Shown here one piece after another: positions 47,533-58,061 of a DNA stretch of 64,000 nucleotides. Source of the DNA: Terriglobia bacterium (GTDB lineage: Bacteria; Acidobacteriota; Terriglobia; 20CM-2-55-15). A program made the translations under genes and the position numbers. The notes under the pieces are model-generated. The model was not told the DNA's origin and ran no database searches. It saw only the letters and a program-made list of their open reading frames with translations. Each line of letters opens with the position of its first letter. Positions within the stretch are counted from its first letter, which is position 1. The stretch covers positions 736,001-800,000 of the forward strand of contig CAXWPJ010000009.1 in assembly GCA_963664115.2 (NCBI GenBank), written 5' to 3'.

Positions 47533-49398
47533 CCCAAAACAAGCGCATAACCAGTCCGCCGAGGCCCAGTTCGCGCCGATAGAATTCGAGGCATAGAATC
47601 CCGTTCCCGGATGGCCTGTTCCAGGTATCGAGTTTCTGTTGAATCTGTTTCAGTTCAGCCTCGCTGGTGTTGGACGGTTGACAGAAACCGGGACCTCGAT
47701 CGCCCGGGCTCAGAGTCATGATCGGGTCAACATCGCAGAGGCTGACGCAACACATCCACCCCGCGGAACAAGACCGGCAACCACCGGTTCCAGGCCAGGA
47801 TCCGGAACAGAATGCGCCGCCCGGTGCGCACGAGTTGGCACGGCACAAGCATGAAAGCGTTCAAGAAGGTTTTGAACTCCATGCGCAGCACGGTTTGCTT
47901 CTCAGCCTGATATTTTTGGCCCCAACGTCCGGTTTCGGGAAGCAGCAATGCAAACCACGCTTTCAGTGTCCAGGCCAGTGACGCGATCACCATGTAGGCC
48001 CAGTTGCTGGTCTGATCTCCGACCGGCATCCGCAACGCCTGAACGCCGTTCTTCAACTGCTCAATGAGATTCTCCTGATTGCACCGTTGATTGGCACGCA
48101 TCACAATCTGGTCGGCCGGATCCGAACGGTTGGTAATGTAGAAGAAGTACCGGATGTCGTCAAACAACACCTGCTCTCCTTTGGCCACCGACAGATTCTT
48201 CCGCACCACGACGACACGGTAGTCCCGATCGCAGGCTCCGGGTCGATACCGAAACTCGGCCACATCCTCACCCTGCAAGCGGATATTGTCGAAACCGCGC
48301 TGCCGAACGATCTCTTCCTTCACGTTGTCGGGACGTTGGCGCGGTTCGGTCGCCACGTCGTATTTCGCGGGCCGTTCCAGGCGCTTCCACTGGCGCGGCT
48401 CCAGTTCATCGGCCCGGGCCTTCAGGTTCGCCATCGCGTCAATCCCGAATATGAAACCCACCTGCTGGTCGTCCCATCCGTCCAGATGCCGGGTCTGGCT
48501 GAAGTCCGTGTCCCCGCGCAGCAGGATCTGGCGAAACCCCGCATGCCGGCACAATGCGATGGCTTGGTCGAACCGGACCGCGGCTCCTTCATGCGACGGC
48601 CGGTTGCCGCTACGATTGACCAGATACAGCGGTTCGGCGGTGTTGGCCAGCGAGATCATCAGCGGGTGATATCCCCACGTCCCGTCGTAGGCCACGTCCA
48701 TCCCTTGCTTGCATTCCCCCGTGGTTTCGGCCAGTGTCCCGTCCGCGTCCAACACCGCTTCTTCGAAAAACGCCGCCGGTTGCTGTCGCCAGACTCCGAG
48801 CCGGACTTGATTGGTTGCCTCCATCAGACACTCCACGTCGTCGGCCTCGAATCTCCGGCAGAAGTCTCCCGCCGTCGTCGGATCCGGAATCCGTTGCGCT
48901 CCCAGCGCATCCAGATACACCGCATCGTTGCGCCGCAGTTCGATGTCTTCCAGGCACGTTCCTCCGCTCAAGGCGTTGTAGGCGATGTTCAGCACGTGAT
49001 CCGACGTTCAGCACGTGATCCGACTCGTGATACGGCAGGTGCCGCTTCAACACATGCACGCCCTTGTCGATGGCTTCGATCAGCCCGGTCCGCCGCGCCA
49101 CCAGTTGCATCGTCCCGATACCACCAACCGATGTGCCCCGCGTCCGCTCTCCCATCTCGTACTGAATGTTGCTCGCCGAAAACATCGGCTCTACCTGATC
49201 CGTCCAATGCCGGTCCCCAAGCCGACGTTCGATTCGCCGCTTGCGGTTCCTCATGTTCTTGCGCGTATAATCGTTCATCTGAAATGCCTCCTTTTCCGAA
49301 GAATCTGTTCAAGGTTTTTTTCGCACGGAGAGGGGGCATTTCGGGTACTTCCGCTCTTATTGCACTATCATTTCCTCGTCAATCACGCTTGTTCAGGG
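47533..49398 (-). mobile_element. IS1380-family insertion sequence (about 1866 bp)
   Basis: Imperfect terminal IRs CCCAAAACAAGCG / CCCTGAACAAGCG; flanked by identical 34-bp repeats 47499-47532 and 49399-49432. Confidence 0.88.
47727..49278 (-). pseudogene. IS1380 DDE transposase, frameshifted
   Basis: LDADGT, GYHPL, LRGDTDF, RCNQENLIEQLK motifs; 19-bp tandem duplication at 48987-49024 splits the gene at HESDHVLN. Confidence 0.88.
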
Positions 49399-49442
49399 AC
49401 TAGTGTCGCCGTGTTCGTCGGCTCCAACTAGTCTCGCCTTTA

Positions 49443-49518
<76 letters not shown>

Positions 49519-49572
49519 CGATTAAACGTCAGTTCCGAGCAGCGAGCCCTCAGTTACTGGGTGTCGCTTTGA

Positions 49573-49658
49573 TGGACAGGGGAGGATTCGAACCTCCGTA
49601 GCCCGCAAGGAGCGCCAGATTTACAGTCTGGTGCGTTTAACCGCTCCGCCACCTGTCC
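49573..49658 (-). tRNA. tRNA-Tyr (GTA)
   Basis: Anticodon loop CTGTAAA, long variable arm. Confidence 0.95.
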
Positions 49659-49720
49659 CCGCTACCAATCGAGATGCCGCTCCCTGCACAACGCTCTCGG
49701 TCAGCAGTCCTGCTGAAATG

Positions 49721-49793
49721 AGCTGGCGAAGGGAGTCGAACCCCCGACCTGCTGATTACAAATCAGCTGCTCTACCAACTGAGCTACGCCAGC
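49721..49793 (-). tRNA. tRNA-Thr (TGT)
   Basis: GCTGGCG.., anticodon loop TTTGTAA. Confidence 0.95.
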
Positions 49794-49808
49794 GGCGACA
49801 AACTTATA

Positions 49809-49837
49809 AAGCTATCACAGGGGAAATTGTGTTTCAA
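49809..49837 (-). promoter_or_regulatory. Putative promoter of the tRNA-tuf operon
   Basis: TTGAAA-17 bp-TAGCTT with extended TG, 15 nt before tRNA-Thr. Confidence 0.55.
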
Positions 49838-49888
49838 TCCTTTCGCCGCTCTGCGGAACTCTTTTGTGCCCCACGCTTTAGCTTGCTT

Positions 49889-50641
49889 CTAGGCACTCGA
49901 CATCCCCCTCTGACGAACGACCTCGAATAGAACCACACCTGCAGCCACGGAAACGTTGAGCGAATCGATTTTCCCCTGCATCGGGAGCCGGATTCCTGCG
50001 TCGCAGTTCTCGCGTACGAGCCGGCGAACGCCACGGTGCTCACCGCCTAACACCAGAGCCACTGGAACCGTGTAGTCAAACTCAGTCCATAAATCGGGAG
50101 CATCCGGATCGACTGCGACCACCCATATCCCATTTGTTTTCATTGTATTAATTGCAGTCACAAGGTTGGAGACCTGCGCGATGGGCAAGTACTCCAGAGC
50201 ACCGGCAGAAACGCGGGAAACTACGGCTGTCAAGCCCGCGCTCCGACGCTCGCTTACAACAAGTCCGGTGGCACCCGCTGTTTCCGCGGTTCGAATTACC
50301 GCTCCCAAATTCTGAGGGTCTTGAACACCATCGAGAACCACGATCAACGGCTTCTCAGACTCCAAAATCCGCTCGAGCGGCACGTAAGAACGTGCGCCGA
50401 CGATAGCTACGACGCCCTGGTGAGGAATGCCTCGCGCAATACGTTCCAATGCGTCCTTTCCCTCGCGGCGTATCGGGATGCCCCCCGCGTTCGCCATCTC
50501 CATGATCTGGCGAACCTTTTCCGGCATCGAACCCCTGCCCCTGCTGAGGTGTAGTCGCTGGACCGGACGCTGGGCGGACCGCAGGGCCTCGTACACGGAG
50601 TGGACACCTACAATGACGCTATCATCCGTGTCCTGTTCCAT
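49889..50641 (-). CDS. rlmB: 23S rRNA Gm2251 methyltransferase (TrmH/SpoU family)
   Basis: LDGVQDPQNLGAVIRTA; SLNVSVAAG. Confidence 0.92.
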   Translation of the reverse strand: MEQDTDDSVIVGVHSVYEALRSAQRPVQRLHLSRGRGSMPEKVRQIMEMANAGGIPIRREGKDALERIARGIPHQGVVAIVGARSYVPLERILESEKPLIVVLDGVQDPQNLGAVIRTAETAGATGLVVSERRSAGLTAVVSRVSAGALEYLPIAQVSNLVTAINTMKTNGIWVVAVDPDAPDLWTEFDYTVPVALVLGGEHRGVRRLVRENCDAGIRLPMQGKIDSLNVSVAAGVVLFEVVRQRGMSSA

Positions 50642-50675
50642 GAAAATCTCGGTATCTCAAGCGTTAACGATCGCG

Positions 50676-52163
50676 TCAAGCGGACGCCTGTCTGGCAAGA
50701 AAGGCTTTGACGCGGGCCCGGCAATCGAGAGTGCCGGCAACTCCCAACTTCGCACCCAACTCAACCAAAGGAATCAACTTTTCCAACTCCGGCCCAGAAT
50801 CGCGCGCCGTCAGGACGACACGCAGCGGATGGAACAGATCGCGTCCCTTCCTTCCTGTCGTCTTCTTAAGCGAGGTGACAATAGCGCGAAAGTCATCGAA
50901 GCTCAGGTGGTCGTAGGCTTTCAGTTCATCCCCGAAAGCACGAATCAAATCCAACACCCCGTTGTCGCCCAGAGCCTCGGAAACAGCTTCGGAATCATCA
51001 ACAGGGAATGCAAGGACGCTCTCTAAGGCTGACGGTATGTCAGAAACAGTATCGACGCCACCGATCAAGGTCGCGCTGACCATCCGAACCCATTCGTCCT
51101 GTCCTGCATCAGGTAGCCATCCCGTCGGGTCCAGAGCCAGGCGTACCAGCGACTCGGTCCTGGGACTCTCGCGCAAATACTGACGGTTAATAAAATTCAG
51201 CTTGCCGAAATCAAAGATAGCGGGGTTTTTATTGACTTTCTCGAGCCTGAATTCCTGCACGAGACGGTTGGGGGGAACAACTTCGCTGCCTTCGGCGCCC
51301 GGGGACCATCCCAACAGCGCGATGTAGTTCATCAGCGCTTCAGGTAAATAGCCAAACTCACGAAACTGAGCCACGGCGGTCGCACCATGGCGTTTGCTCA
51401 AACGAGTCTGATCGGGCCCCAGTATCGTAGAAAGGTGCGCAAACAAAGGTACTGTGTATCCCAGTGCTTCATAGATTAAGACCTGTTTGGGTGTATTGGA
51501 CAGATGGTCATCTCCCCGAATGACGTGCGAAATTTCCATGAGGGCGTCATCGACAACAACGGCATAGTTGTACGTGGGTGTTCGGTCTGACCGTAGCAGA
51601 ATTGGATCGCTGATGACTTCAGTCGAAAACTGCATGTCGCCGTGAACAATATCGGCGAAACCAACTGTGCCTTCACGGACTTTGAGCCGAACGACGGACT
51701 CCTCTCCGTCTTTGACTTTTAGATCCACTGCGTCGCGAGTCAGGTTCCTGCAGGTGCCCGGATACGTCCAGGAAATGCCCTTTGCTTTTGCTGTCTCCGA
51801 TTGGCTGGCAAGCTCATCCGCAGAACAAAAGCAGCGAAATGCAGATCCCTCAGCAATAAGTTGAGATGCGCGCCCCCGGTATATTTCGTATCGCTCCGAT
51901 TGACGGTAGGGGCCGTACCCGCCGCCGACATCGGGCCCCTCGTCCCAATCTATCCCGAACCACTGCAGATCATCATAGATTGACTGTTCGTAGTGAGTTT
52001 CCGACCGAACGCGGTCAGTGTCTTCGATCCTCAATACGAACGTCCCACCTCTCTGACGGGTGAAAAGCCAGGCGAACAGGCCGGTCCTCAAATTCCCGAC
52101 ATGCAGCAGCCCCGTAGGGCTCGGCGCATATCGAACGCGTAAGGAATTTCCAATATCTTTCAT
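50676..52163 (-). CDS. gltX: Glutamate-tRNA ligase
   Basis: RYAPSPTGLLHVGN; RLSKRHG. Confidence 0.96.
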   Translation of the reverse strand: MKDIGNSLRVRYAPSPTGLLHVGNLRTGLFAWLFTRQRGGTFVLRIEDTDRVRSETHYEQSIYDDLQWFGIDWDEGPDVGGGYGPYRQSERYEIYRGRASQLIAEGSAFRCFCSADELASQSETAKAKGISWTYPGTCRNLTRDAVDLKVKDGEESVVRLKVREGTVGFADIVHGDMQFSTEVISDPILLRSDRTPTYNYAVVVDDALMEISHVIRGDDHLSNTPKQVLIYEALGYTVPLFAHLSTILGPDQTRLSKRHGATAVAQFREFGYLPEALMNYIALLGWSPGAEGSEVVPPNRLVQEFRLEKVNKNPAIFDFGKLNFINRQYLRESPRTESLVRLALDPTGWLPDAGQDEWVRMVSATLIGGVDTVSDIPSALESVLAFPVDDSEAVSEALGDNGVLDLIRAFGDELKAYDHLSFDDFRAIVTSLKKTTGRKGRDLFHPLRVVLTARDSGPELEKLIPLVELGAKLGVAGTLDCRARVKAFLARQASA

Positions 52164-52164
52164 G

Positions 52165-52644
52165 TTACTGGGCAAAAACGAGGGCCACCGCGTGGGCGGC
52201 AATGGCCTCTTCTTCTCCGATCGGACCCAGTTTCTCCATCGTTTTGGCTTTCACCTGAACGTCATCGCCGGAGACGCCCACCACGTTTGCAATGATCTCC
52301 TTCATCGACGGGAGGTATGGCAACAGTCTGGGACTTTCGGCCAACACGTTGGAGTCGATATTACCGATCGAGTAGCCCTTCTGATGCATCAAACTGACGG
52401 TGTCCTTCAGGAAAACCTGGCTGGCAATTCCGCGGTAGCGCGCGTCAGTGTCCGGGAATCTTTCACCGATGTTGCCCAGTCCACAGGCCCCCAATAGCGC
52501 GTCCGTGATGGCATGAAGTAATACGTCGCCATCGGAATGCCCGACGAGGCCTTTGGTGTGCGGGATTTCGATTCCCCCGAGCATGAGTTTCCGATCAGGC
52601 GCGAGACGATGAATGTCGAAACCAATACCTATCCGGACTTTCAC
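52165..52644 (-). CDS. ispF: 2-C-methyl-D-erythritol 2,4-cyclodiphosphate synthase
   Basis: GIGFDIH; GHSDGDVLLHAITDALLGA. Confidence 0.97.
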   Translation of the reverse strand: MKVRIGIGFDIHRLAPDRKLMLGGIEIPHTKGLVGHSDGDVLLHAITDALLGACGLGNIGERFPDTDARYRGIASQVFLKDTVSLMHQKGYSIGNIDSNVLAESPRLLPYLPSMKEIIANVVGVSGDDVQVKAKTMEKLGPIGEEEAIAAHAVALVFAQ

Positions 52645-53336
52645 TCGACTGGCGCCCTCTCTTCTTCGAGAAGGAATCTGGCTAGGGACAGATCGCTGGG
52701 TCGTGTGATCTTGATGTTGCGCTCCGAGCCCCTCACCAGGAATACGGGGTGGCCTAAACGTTCCACGAGGCTCGCCTCATCAGTTCCGTAGTAACCGTCC
52801 CGGCGCGCACTGTCGAAAGCCTCGCGGAGAATCTGAGCCTGAAATACCTGGGGCGTCTGTACCAGGACAAGGTTTTCTCTGCGCAGCGTGGACTTCACTA
52901 CGTCGCGTTCAACTTCCTTGACTGTATCCGTAATCGGGATCGCCAGAATCGCCGCGCCATTAACCGACGCCACTGCGATAACTTGTTCTATTTCCTCCAG
53001 GCTAACAAACGGTCGCACCCCGTCGTGAACTGCAACCAAGTCGGTGCCCGTCCCCAAGTGTCCCATCGCGCTCGCAACCGAGTCCTGCCGCCGTTCTCCG
53101 CCTTCAATGACAGTCACCGGCTTAATCAGTCCAGCTTCGTCGACCATCTGCCGCACCTCATCCACAGCCTCTCGCGGCGATGCAATAACAATGTGATCAA
53201 TCAAAGGAGACGCATCGAACTTACGCAAAGTCACAACCAATATCGGAACGCCTTCCAGAGCCAGAAACTGCTTCGGCCTGTCGGCTTTCATACGGCGGCC
53301 TGCTCCGGCCGCGGCAATGATCGCTCCCACCGTCAT
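52641..53336 (-). CDS. ispD: 2-C-methyl-D-erythritol 4-phosphate cytidylyltransferase
   Basis: AAAGAGRRM..PKQF; VHDGVRPF; NIKIT. Confidence 0.96.
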   Translation of the reverse strand: MTVGAIIAAAGAGRRMKADRPKQFLALEGVPILVVTLRKFDASPLIDHIVIASPREAVDEVRQMVDEAGLIKPVTVIEGGERRQDSVASAMGHLGTGTDLVAVHDGVRPFVSLEEIEQVIAVASVNGAAILAIPITDTVKEVERDVVKSTLRRENLVLVQTPQVFQAQILREAFDSARRDGYYGTDEASLVERLGHPVFLVRGSERNIKITRPSDLSLARFLLEEERAPVE

Positions 53337-53348
53337 GCGATCACTACC

Positions 53349-53469
53349 CGGCGGGCGATCCATCCGCTGCTACGGCGTTGCGCTCGTTCGGCCATCCTCG
53401 GCGTATTAGTACATACGCCTGCGGTGTCCTCTCTTCGCGCGCCTTGTCCCGGCGGCGTTTCGACCGCCG
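53349..53469. repeat. MITE/REP-like palindromic element
   Basis: Terminal IR CGGCGGGCGA / TCGACCGCCG; central hairpin GGCGTAT..ATACGCC. Confidence 0.55.
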
Positions 53470-53593
53470 TACATGTATCGATTTTTCGTCTCATACGTTT
53501 TGTTAGTACGCTTACTTCGCACCCGGGGACGTGAATAGCGACGACCGACAACTTATATTCTTGGCTCGTCACTTTCAGCTCCCAATCTATTAA

Positions 53594-54742
53594 CTATTTT
53601 GCGGGTACGCCTGCCTGTTGATGTTTTTCGGGCCGATCAGAGCGGTCGCGACCGCCCTTCTCATCACGAGACGAATGGTGATCGCGGCTCTCCTCGTAGC
53701 GACCGAAGATCATCTTTCCGGCCGTTGTTTGAAGAACGCTGGTTACGGAAGAATCTACCGTCTTGCCGATCATTTTCCGGGCATTGTCGACCACAACCAT
53801 CGTTCCGTCGTCGAGGTATGCAATGCCCTGGTTGAACTCCTTACCTTCTTTAAGGATGAACACTTTCATGATCTCTCCCGGCAGATAGACGGGTTTCAGA
53901 GCATTGGCCAACTCATTGATATTCAGCACTTCCACGCCGCGGAGCTGTGCAACTTTGTTGAGGTTGAAATCGTTCGTTACGATCTTGGCATCAATCTCAT
54001 GGGCAAGTTCGATCAACTTCAAATCGACCTCACGAACCTGGGGATAGTCGTTTTCAACCAGCTGTACGGTAATCCCAGACATCTTTTGAACTCGCTGTAG
54101 GATGTCGAGTCCGCGTCGACCACGATTGCGCTTCAAGCCGTCGGCTGAATCGGCCACTTGCTGGAGTTCCCTTAAAACGAAATGAGGGATAACCAAAATG
54201 CCATCCAAAAACCCCGTCTCGCAGATGTCCGCTATCCTTCCGTCGATGATCACGCTCGTATCGAGGATTTTGTAGTCCTCCTTTGGAGGGCGATCACTGC
54301 CAAATAGCCCGCCAAGCGCGGCGAGATTCAGTAAGTCGCCCTTGTTCGCGCCTACGACCAAACCCACGTAGACCATCAGGAAGAGGACAAACACTTTTAT
54401 GTAGGACAGAGAACTTGGATCGAAAGCTGTCTCAGTAAGCAAATTGCTGATCAGACTCGCACCGATGATGCCGAGGATCGAGCCGACAGCTGCTCCGATC
54501 AAACGCCTCAGTGAAGCGCGTCTCACACGGTGTTCGAAAAAAATGATTCCGAGTGCGCTTGCCAGTCCGAGTAAAGCGGCGTTTACACCGATCAGTCCGA
54601 AGGGGCTTATGAAATAGGCTGCCACCATCAAAATCACAGCAAAAATCGTGCGGACAAAGATGATGTCGATCAGAAAGTTCGCTTCTTCGCCTCTCAGGGT
54701 CGAATCCGCGCCCAAAGGCAACGGCTCTTCTGTTCGTTTCAT
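53594..54742 (-). CDS. PIN/TRAM domain membrane protein (YacL-like)
   Basis: ILDTSVIIDGRI; TNDFNLNKVA; VTSVLQTTAGKMIF; between radA and ispD. Confidence 0.93.
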   Translation of the reverse strand: MKRTEEPLPLGADSTLRGEEANFLIDIIFVRTIFAVILMVAAYFISPFGLIGVNAALLGLASALGIIFFEHRVRRASLRRLIGAAVGSILGIIGASLISNLLTETAFDPSSLSYIKVFVLFLMVYVGLVVGANKGDLLNLAALGGLFGSDRPPKEDYKILDTSVIIDGRIADICETGFLDGILVIPHFVLRELQQVADSADGLKRNRGRRGLDILQRVQKMSGITVQLVENDYPQVREVDLKLIELAHEIDAKIVTNDFNLNKVAQLRGVEVLNINELANALKPVYLPGEIMKVFILKEGKEFNQGIAYLDDGTMVVVDNARKMIGKTVDSSVTSVLQTTAGKMIFGRYEESRDHHSSRDEKGGRDRSDRPEKHQQAGVPAK

Positions 54743-55027
54743 CGAGCACCCTACCTTTTATGAAAGTGATCTACAAAAATACACGTTCCCATGGTGGATT
54801 ATACGGCATAGTCCCTAATAATCAGAGGTTTCCGCTTTGAAACAGGCCCAACAAAACGAGAGTAATACGAGAGGCCACGGTTGACTTGCCCCTTCCGGGG
54901 GCAAGATGAACGGTCCGGTCGGATGGAGAATTTAGATCGGGACCCATCCGTCATTTAAGGGGGCGATGGCACGAAGCCATTCTTGCGGGCGCAAAACGCC
55001 CCCGGAGGGGCCCCGCCGCAGCTTGCT

Positions 55028-56395
55028 CTACTCAGAAGCACCGTTCGCAAGGGGGCCAAACAAAACGTCAATCGCCTCGTTCAGATTAACAACCGACACC
55101 GATTCAAAGTCAGCGGGAATTTCTGAAACGGTCGGGGCAGGCAAAACAGCCCGGCGAAACCCCAGGTTTGCGGCCTCTTTGAGACGCATGCCCGGGTGCA
55201 GGCACGTCCGGATCTCGCCTCCAAGCCCGACTTCTCCGAATACGAGCGTCGCCTGGGGCATCGGTCGATTCAGAAAACTAGAAAGAATGGCGACCGCGAT
55301 TCCAAGATCGGCAGCAGGCTCCGAAATCTCAAGACCTCCGACGACATTGAGATAGATGTCCTGATCATAGAGATGGACTCCCAGGCGTTTCTCGATAACA
55401 GCGCATATAAGCGCTAGCCGTTGAGGGTCGACGCCAGTCGTGAACCGGCGCGGAGTTCCCAAGTGCGTTCGTGAAACCAAAGCCTGCAGTTCAACCAGCA
55501 GGGGCCGCGACCCCTCGACCGAGCACACCACAACTGAACCCGCGTCGGGGGTGTCCCGGTGCGACAGAAACAAGCCTCCGGGGGACTCCACCGCCACCAG
55601 ACCTCGGGCAGTCATCTCGAAAATTCCGAGCTCGTTTGCAGCGCCGAAACGATTTTTTATCGTACGCACGATTCGGTGAGGATGCTGACGCGGCCCTTCA
55701 AAATACAAGACCGTGTCCACGATGTGCTCAAGAGCCTTGGGACCGGCCAGAGCGCCATCTTTGGTGATGTGTCCGATCAAGAAGGCGGGCACCTGACGCC
55801 GTTTTGTCCAGACGAGGAACTGAGAAGCCGCTTCGCGCACCTGGCCGATACTTCCGGGAGCCATTTCGAGTTTGTCGCTGAACGTCGTCTGTATCGAGTC
55901 AACTACGACAGCAGCAGCGCCCACCTCTTCCGCTTTTGACAAGATCCGTTCAACGTTCATCTCGGCATATACGAGCAGATCTCCGCCTGCGATTCCCGTT
56001 CTCTCGCCTCGAAGCTTGATTTGTAGCGGCGACTCCTCCCCGGAAGCATAGAGAATCGGGTATCGAGTGGAAAGTTGGGCCGCAACATTCAGCATCAGGG
56101 TTGACTTGCCCACACCCGGATCACCGCCCAATAGAATCAAGGCACCGGGGACCAGGCCGCCTCCCAAAACACGATCAAACTCGGGGACGCCCGTTGGAGT
56201 CCGGGGCACCTCAGATCCTTCAATGGAATCGAAACGGACCGGAGCCGTCTCTGGAGCGAGGCTGACTTGGGCGGACGACGAACTCACGCTCTCTTCCACG
56301 AAACTATTCCACTCTTCACAGCTGGGACATCGGCCGATCCACTTGGGCGAATTATGTCCACAGTGCTGACAAAAGAACTGAGTGCGTTGTTTCAT
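55028..56395 (-). CDS. radA: DNA repair protein RadA/Sms
   Basis: Zinc finger, GDPGVGKST, KNRFG. Confidence 0.97.
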   Translation of the reverse strand: MKQRTQFFCQHCGHNSPKWIGRCPSCEEWNSFVEESVSSSSAQVSLAPETAPVRFDSIEGSEVPRTPTGVPEFDRVLGGGLVPGALILLGGDPGVGKSTLMLNVAAQLSTRYPILYASGEESPLQIKLRGERTGIAGGDLLVYAEMNVERILSKAEEVGAAAVVVDSIQTTFSDKLEMAPGSIGQVREAASQFLVWTKRRQVPAFLIGHITKDGALAGPKALEHIVDTVLYFEGPRQHPHRIVRTIKNRFGAANELGIFEMTARGLVAVESPGGLFLSHRDTPDAGSVVVCSVEGSRPLLVELQALVSRTHLGTPRRFTTGVDPQRLALICAVIEKRLGVHLYDQDIYLNVVGGLEISEPAADLGIAVAILSSFLNRPMPQATLVFGEVGLGGEIRTCLHPGMRLKEAANLGFRRAVLPAPTVSEIPADFESVSVVNLNEAIDVLFGPLANGASE

Positions 56396-56422
56396 CGATA
56401 AGGTCGACTGAACATAGGGCGC

Positions 56423-56519
56423 TTCAAAACGAAAACACGGAGACCTCCCAGGACAACGATGGGATTCTTAGGGTCTTGAAACCTTCGTTCACTTCGTGTC
56501 TTCATGTCTTCGTGTTGAA
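56423..56519. repeat. REP/MITE-like inverted repeat element (second copy)
   Basis: Ends TTCAAAACGAAAACA / TGTCTTCGTGTTGAA, same family as 12059-12149. Confidence 0.7.
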
Positions 56520-56555
56520 ACAGCTTCTTCGTCCGGCTCAACGAGAGGCAATACA

Positions 56556-57893
56556 CTACATGTCGAGGAGGGTCTGGAAGCGTGTATATTGCTTCTGAAA
56601 CGCTAGCTTGACCGTTCCCGTCGGGCCGTTGCGTTGCTTGGAGATGATCAGTTCCGCCAGGCCGGCGTTCTCATCGTTCGGCTTGTAGACCTCTTCCCTG
56701 TAAATGAAGGCCACAACATCCGCATCCTGTTCGATCGAACCGGACTCCCGCAGGTCCGAAAGCTGTGGCCGGTGATCCGAGCCCGCTCGCTGCTCCGGTG
56801 CCCGGCTCAACTGAGACAGGGCGACAACCGGCACATCAAGCTCCTTCGCCAGTGCTTTCAATCCGCGCGAAATGCCAGAGATCTCCTGGGTACGATTCTC
56901 CATACGCCCGAAACCGGACATCAATTGCAGGTAGTCAACCACAATGAGTCCCAATCCATGCTCAGCCTTCATTCGCCTCGCTTTGGCTCGCATCTGCATG
57001 ATTGTCAGCAACGAAGAGTCGTCAATGAAGATCGGCGCGGCCGCAATTCGGCCCAGCGAATCAATCAATTTACCAAAATCGTCCTTGGACAGGTACCCGG
57101 TCCGAACCCGGTGAGCGTCGACCATCGATTCTGCGCACAGGATCCTCATCAAGAGCTGAGCCTTGGCCATCTCCAGACTGAAAATTCCTACGGGCGCTCC
57201 TTGCCGCAGGGCAACGTGCTGGGCAATGTTAAGGGCAAGAGCGGTCTTGCCCATCGAAGGACGTGCCGCAATAATGATCAGATCGGATGACTGGAGTCCG
57301 GAAGTCATGCGGTCGAAGTCATTAAATCCAGTAGCCACACCGGTAATCATCTCTCTATCGGTGTACAGCTTCTCCAACATCCGATGCGCTTCAGGCTGGA
57401 GATCTTTGATCGGAACCAGGCCGCTTTGGATTCTCTTTTCCGACAACTCGAACATCGACTGCTCAGCCCTGTCGAGCACTTCCTCGGCATGATCCGATTG
57501 TTCGAAACACTCGGCCATAATGCGATTCGTCGAGTGAATCATCTGCCGGAACAGCGACTTTTCTCTGATGATCTGGACGTAATGCTCAATATTGACGAGA
57601 TGGGGAATGCCATCCATCAGGCTCGCCATATACGCGATTCCACCCGCCGATTCCAACAGTGAATCCCTCTCCAAGCGATCTTGAAGGGTAATCAAATCGA
57701 CGGCTTTTGACTCGTCGACGATTTCCGACATCTTTCGGAAGATAGTCCGGTGTGCCCCGAGGTAGAAGTCATCCTGCTTCAGGTTCTCAACGACAGTGTA
57801 GTAGTTCTCGTTATTAACGAGGATCGCTCCAAGAACCGACTTCTCGGCATCGACGTTGTGGGGGAGTGGACGTTCTAGTATTTCGCGGGCCAT
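56556..57893 (-). CDS. dnaB: Replicative DNA helicase
   Basis: AARPSMGKT; VDYLQLM; DLRESGSIEQDAD; no intein. Confidence 0.98.
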   Translation of the reverse strand: MAREILERPLPHNVDAEKSVLGAILVNNENYYTVVENLKQDDFYLGAHRTIFRKMSEIVDESKAVDLITLQDRLERDSLLESAGGIAYMASLMDGIPHLVNIEHYVQIIREKSLFRQMIHSTNRIMAECFEQSDHAEEVLDRAEQSMFELSEKRIQSGLVPIKDLQPEAHRMLEKLYTDREMITGVATGFNDFDRMTSGLQSSDLIIIAARPSMGKTALALNIAQHVALRQGAPVGIFSLEMAKAQLLMRILCAESMVDAHRVRTGYLSKDDFGKLIDSLGRIAAAPIFIDDSSLLTIMQMRAKARRMKAEHGLGLIVVDYLQLMSGFGRMENRTQEISGISRGLKALAKELDVPVVALSQLSRAPEQRAGSDHRPQLSDLRESGSIEQDADVVAFIYREEVYKPNDENAGLAELIISKQRNGPTGTVKLAFQKQYTRFQTLLDM

Positions 57894-58061
57894 TGGGTGG
57901 ACAAAGAATACAGGCTAAAAAAAAGGAAGGACAAGCGAAAATCTAAAGGGCGGACACCTAATTCGCTACAGTCCTAAAGTGAAGAACTTACGGGTGCTGA
58001 AATCTGGCGTCCGCACAGCAATTGCGGCGGGCCTGGGGATTTCTCCAGCCGGCGCACGGAA

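Noticed and set aside
48087-49403. 438-aa plus-strand ORF
   Set aside because: Antisense shadow of the GC-rich IS1380 transposase; no recognisable motifs
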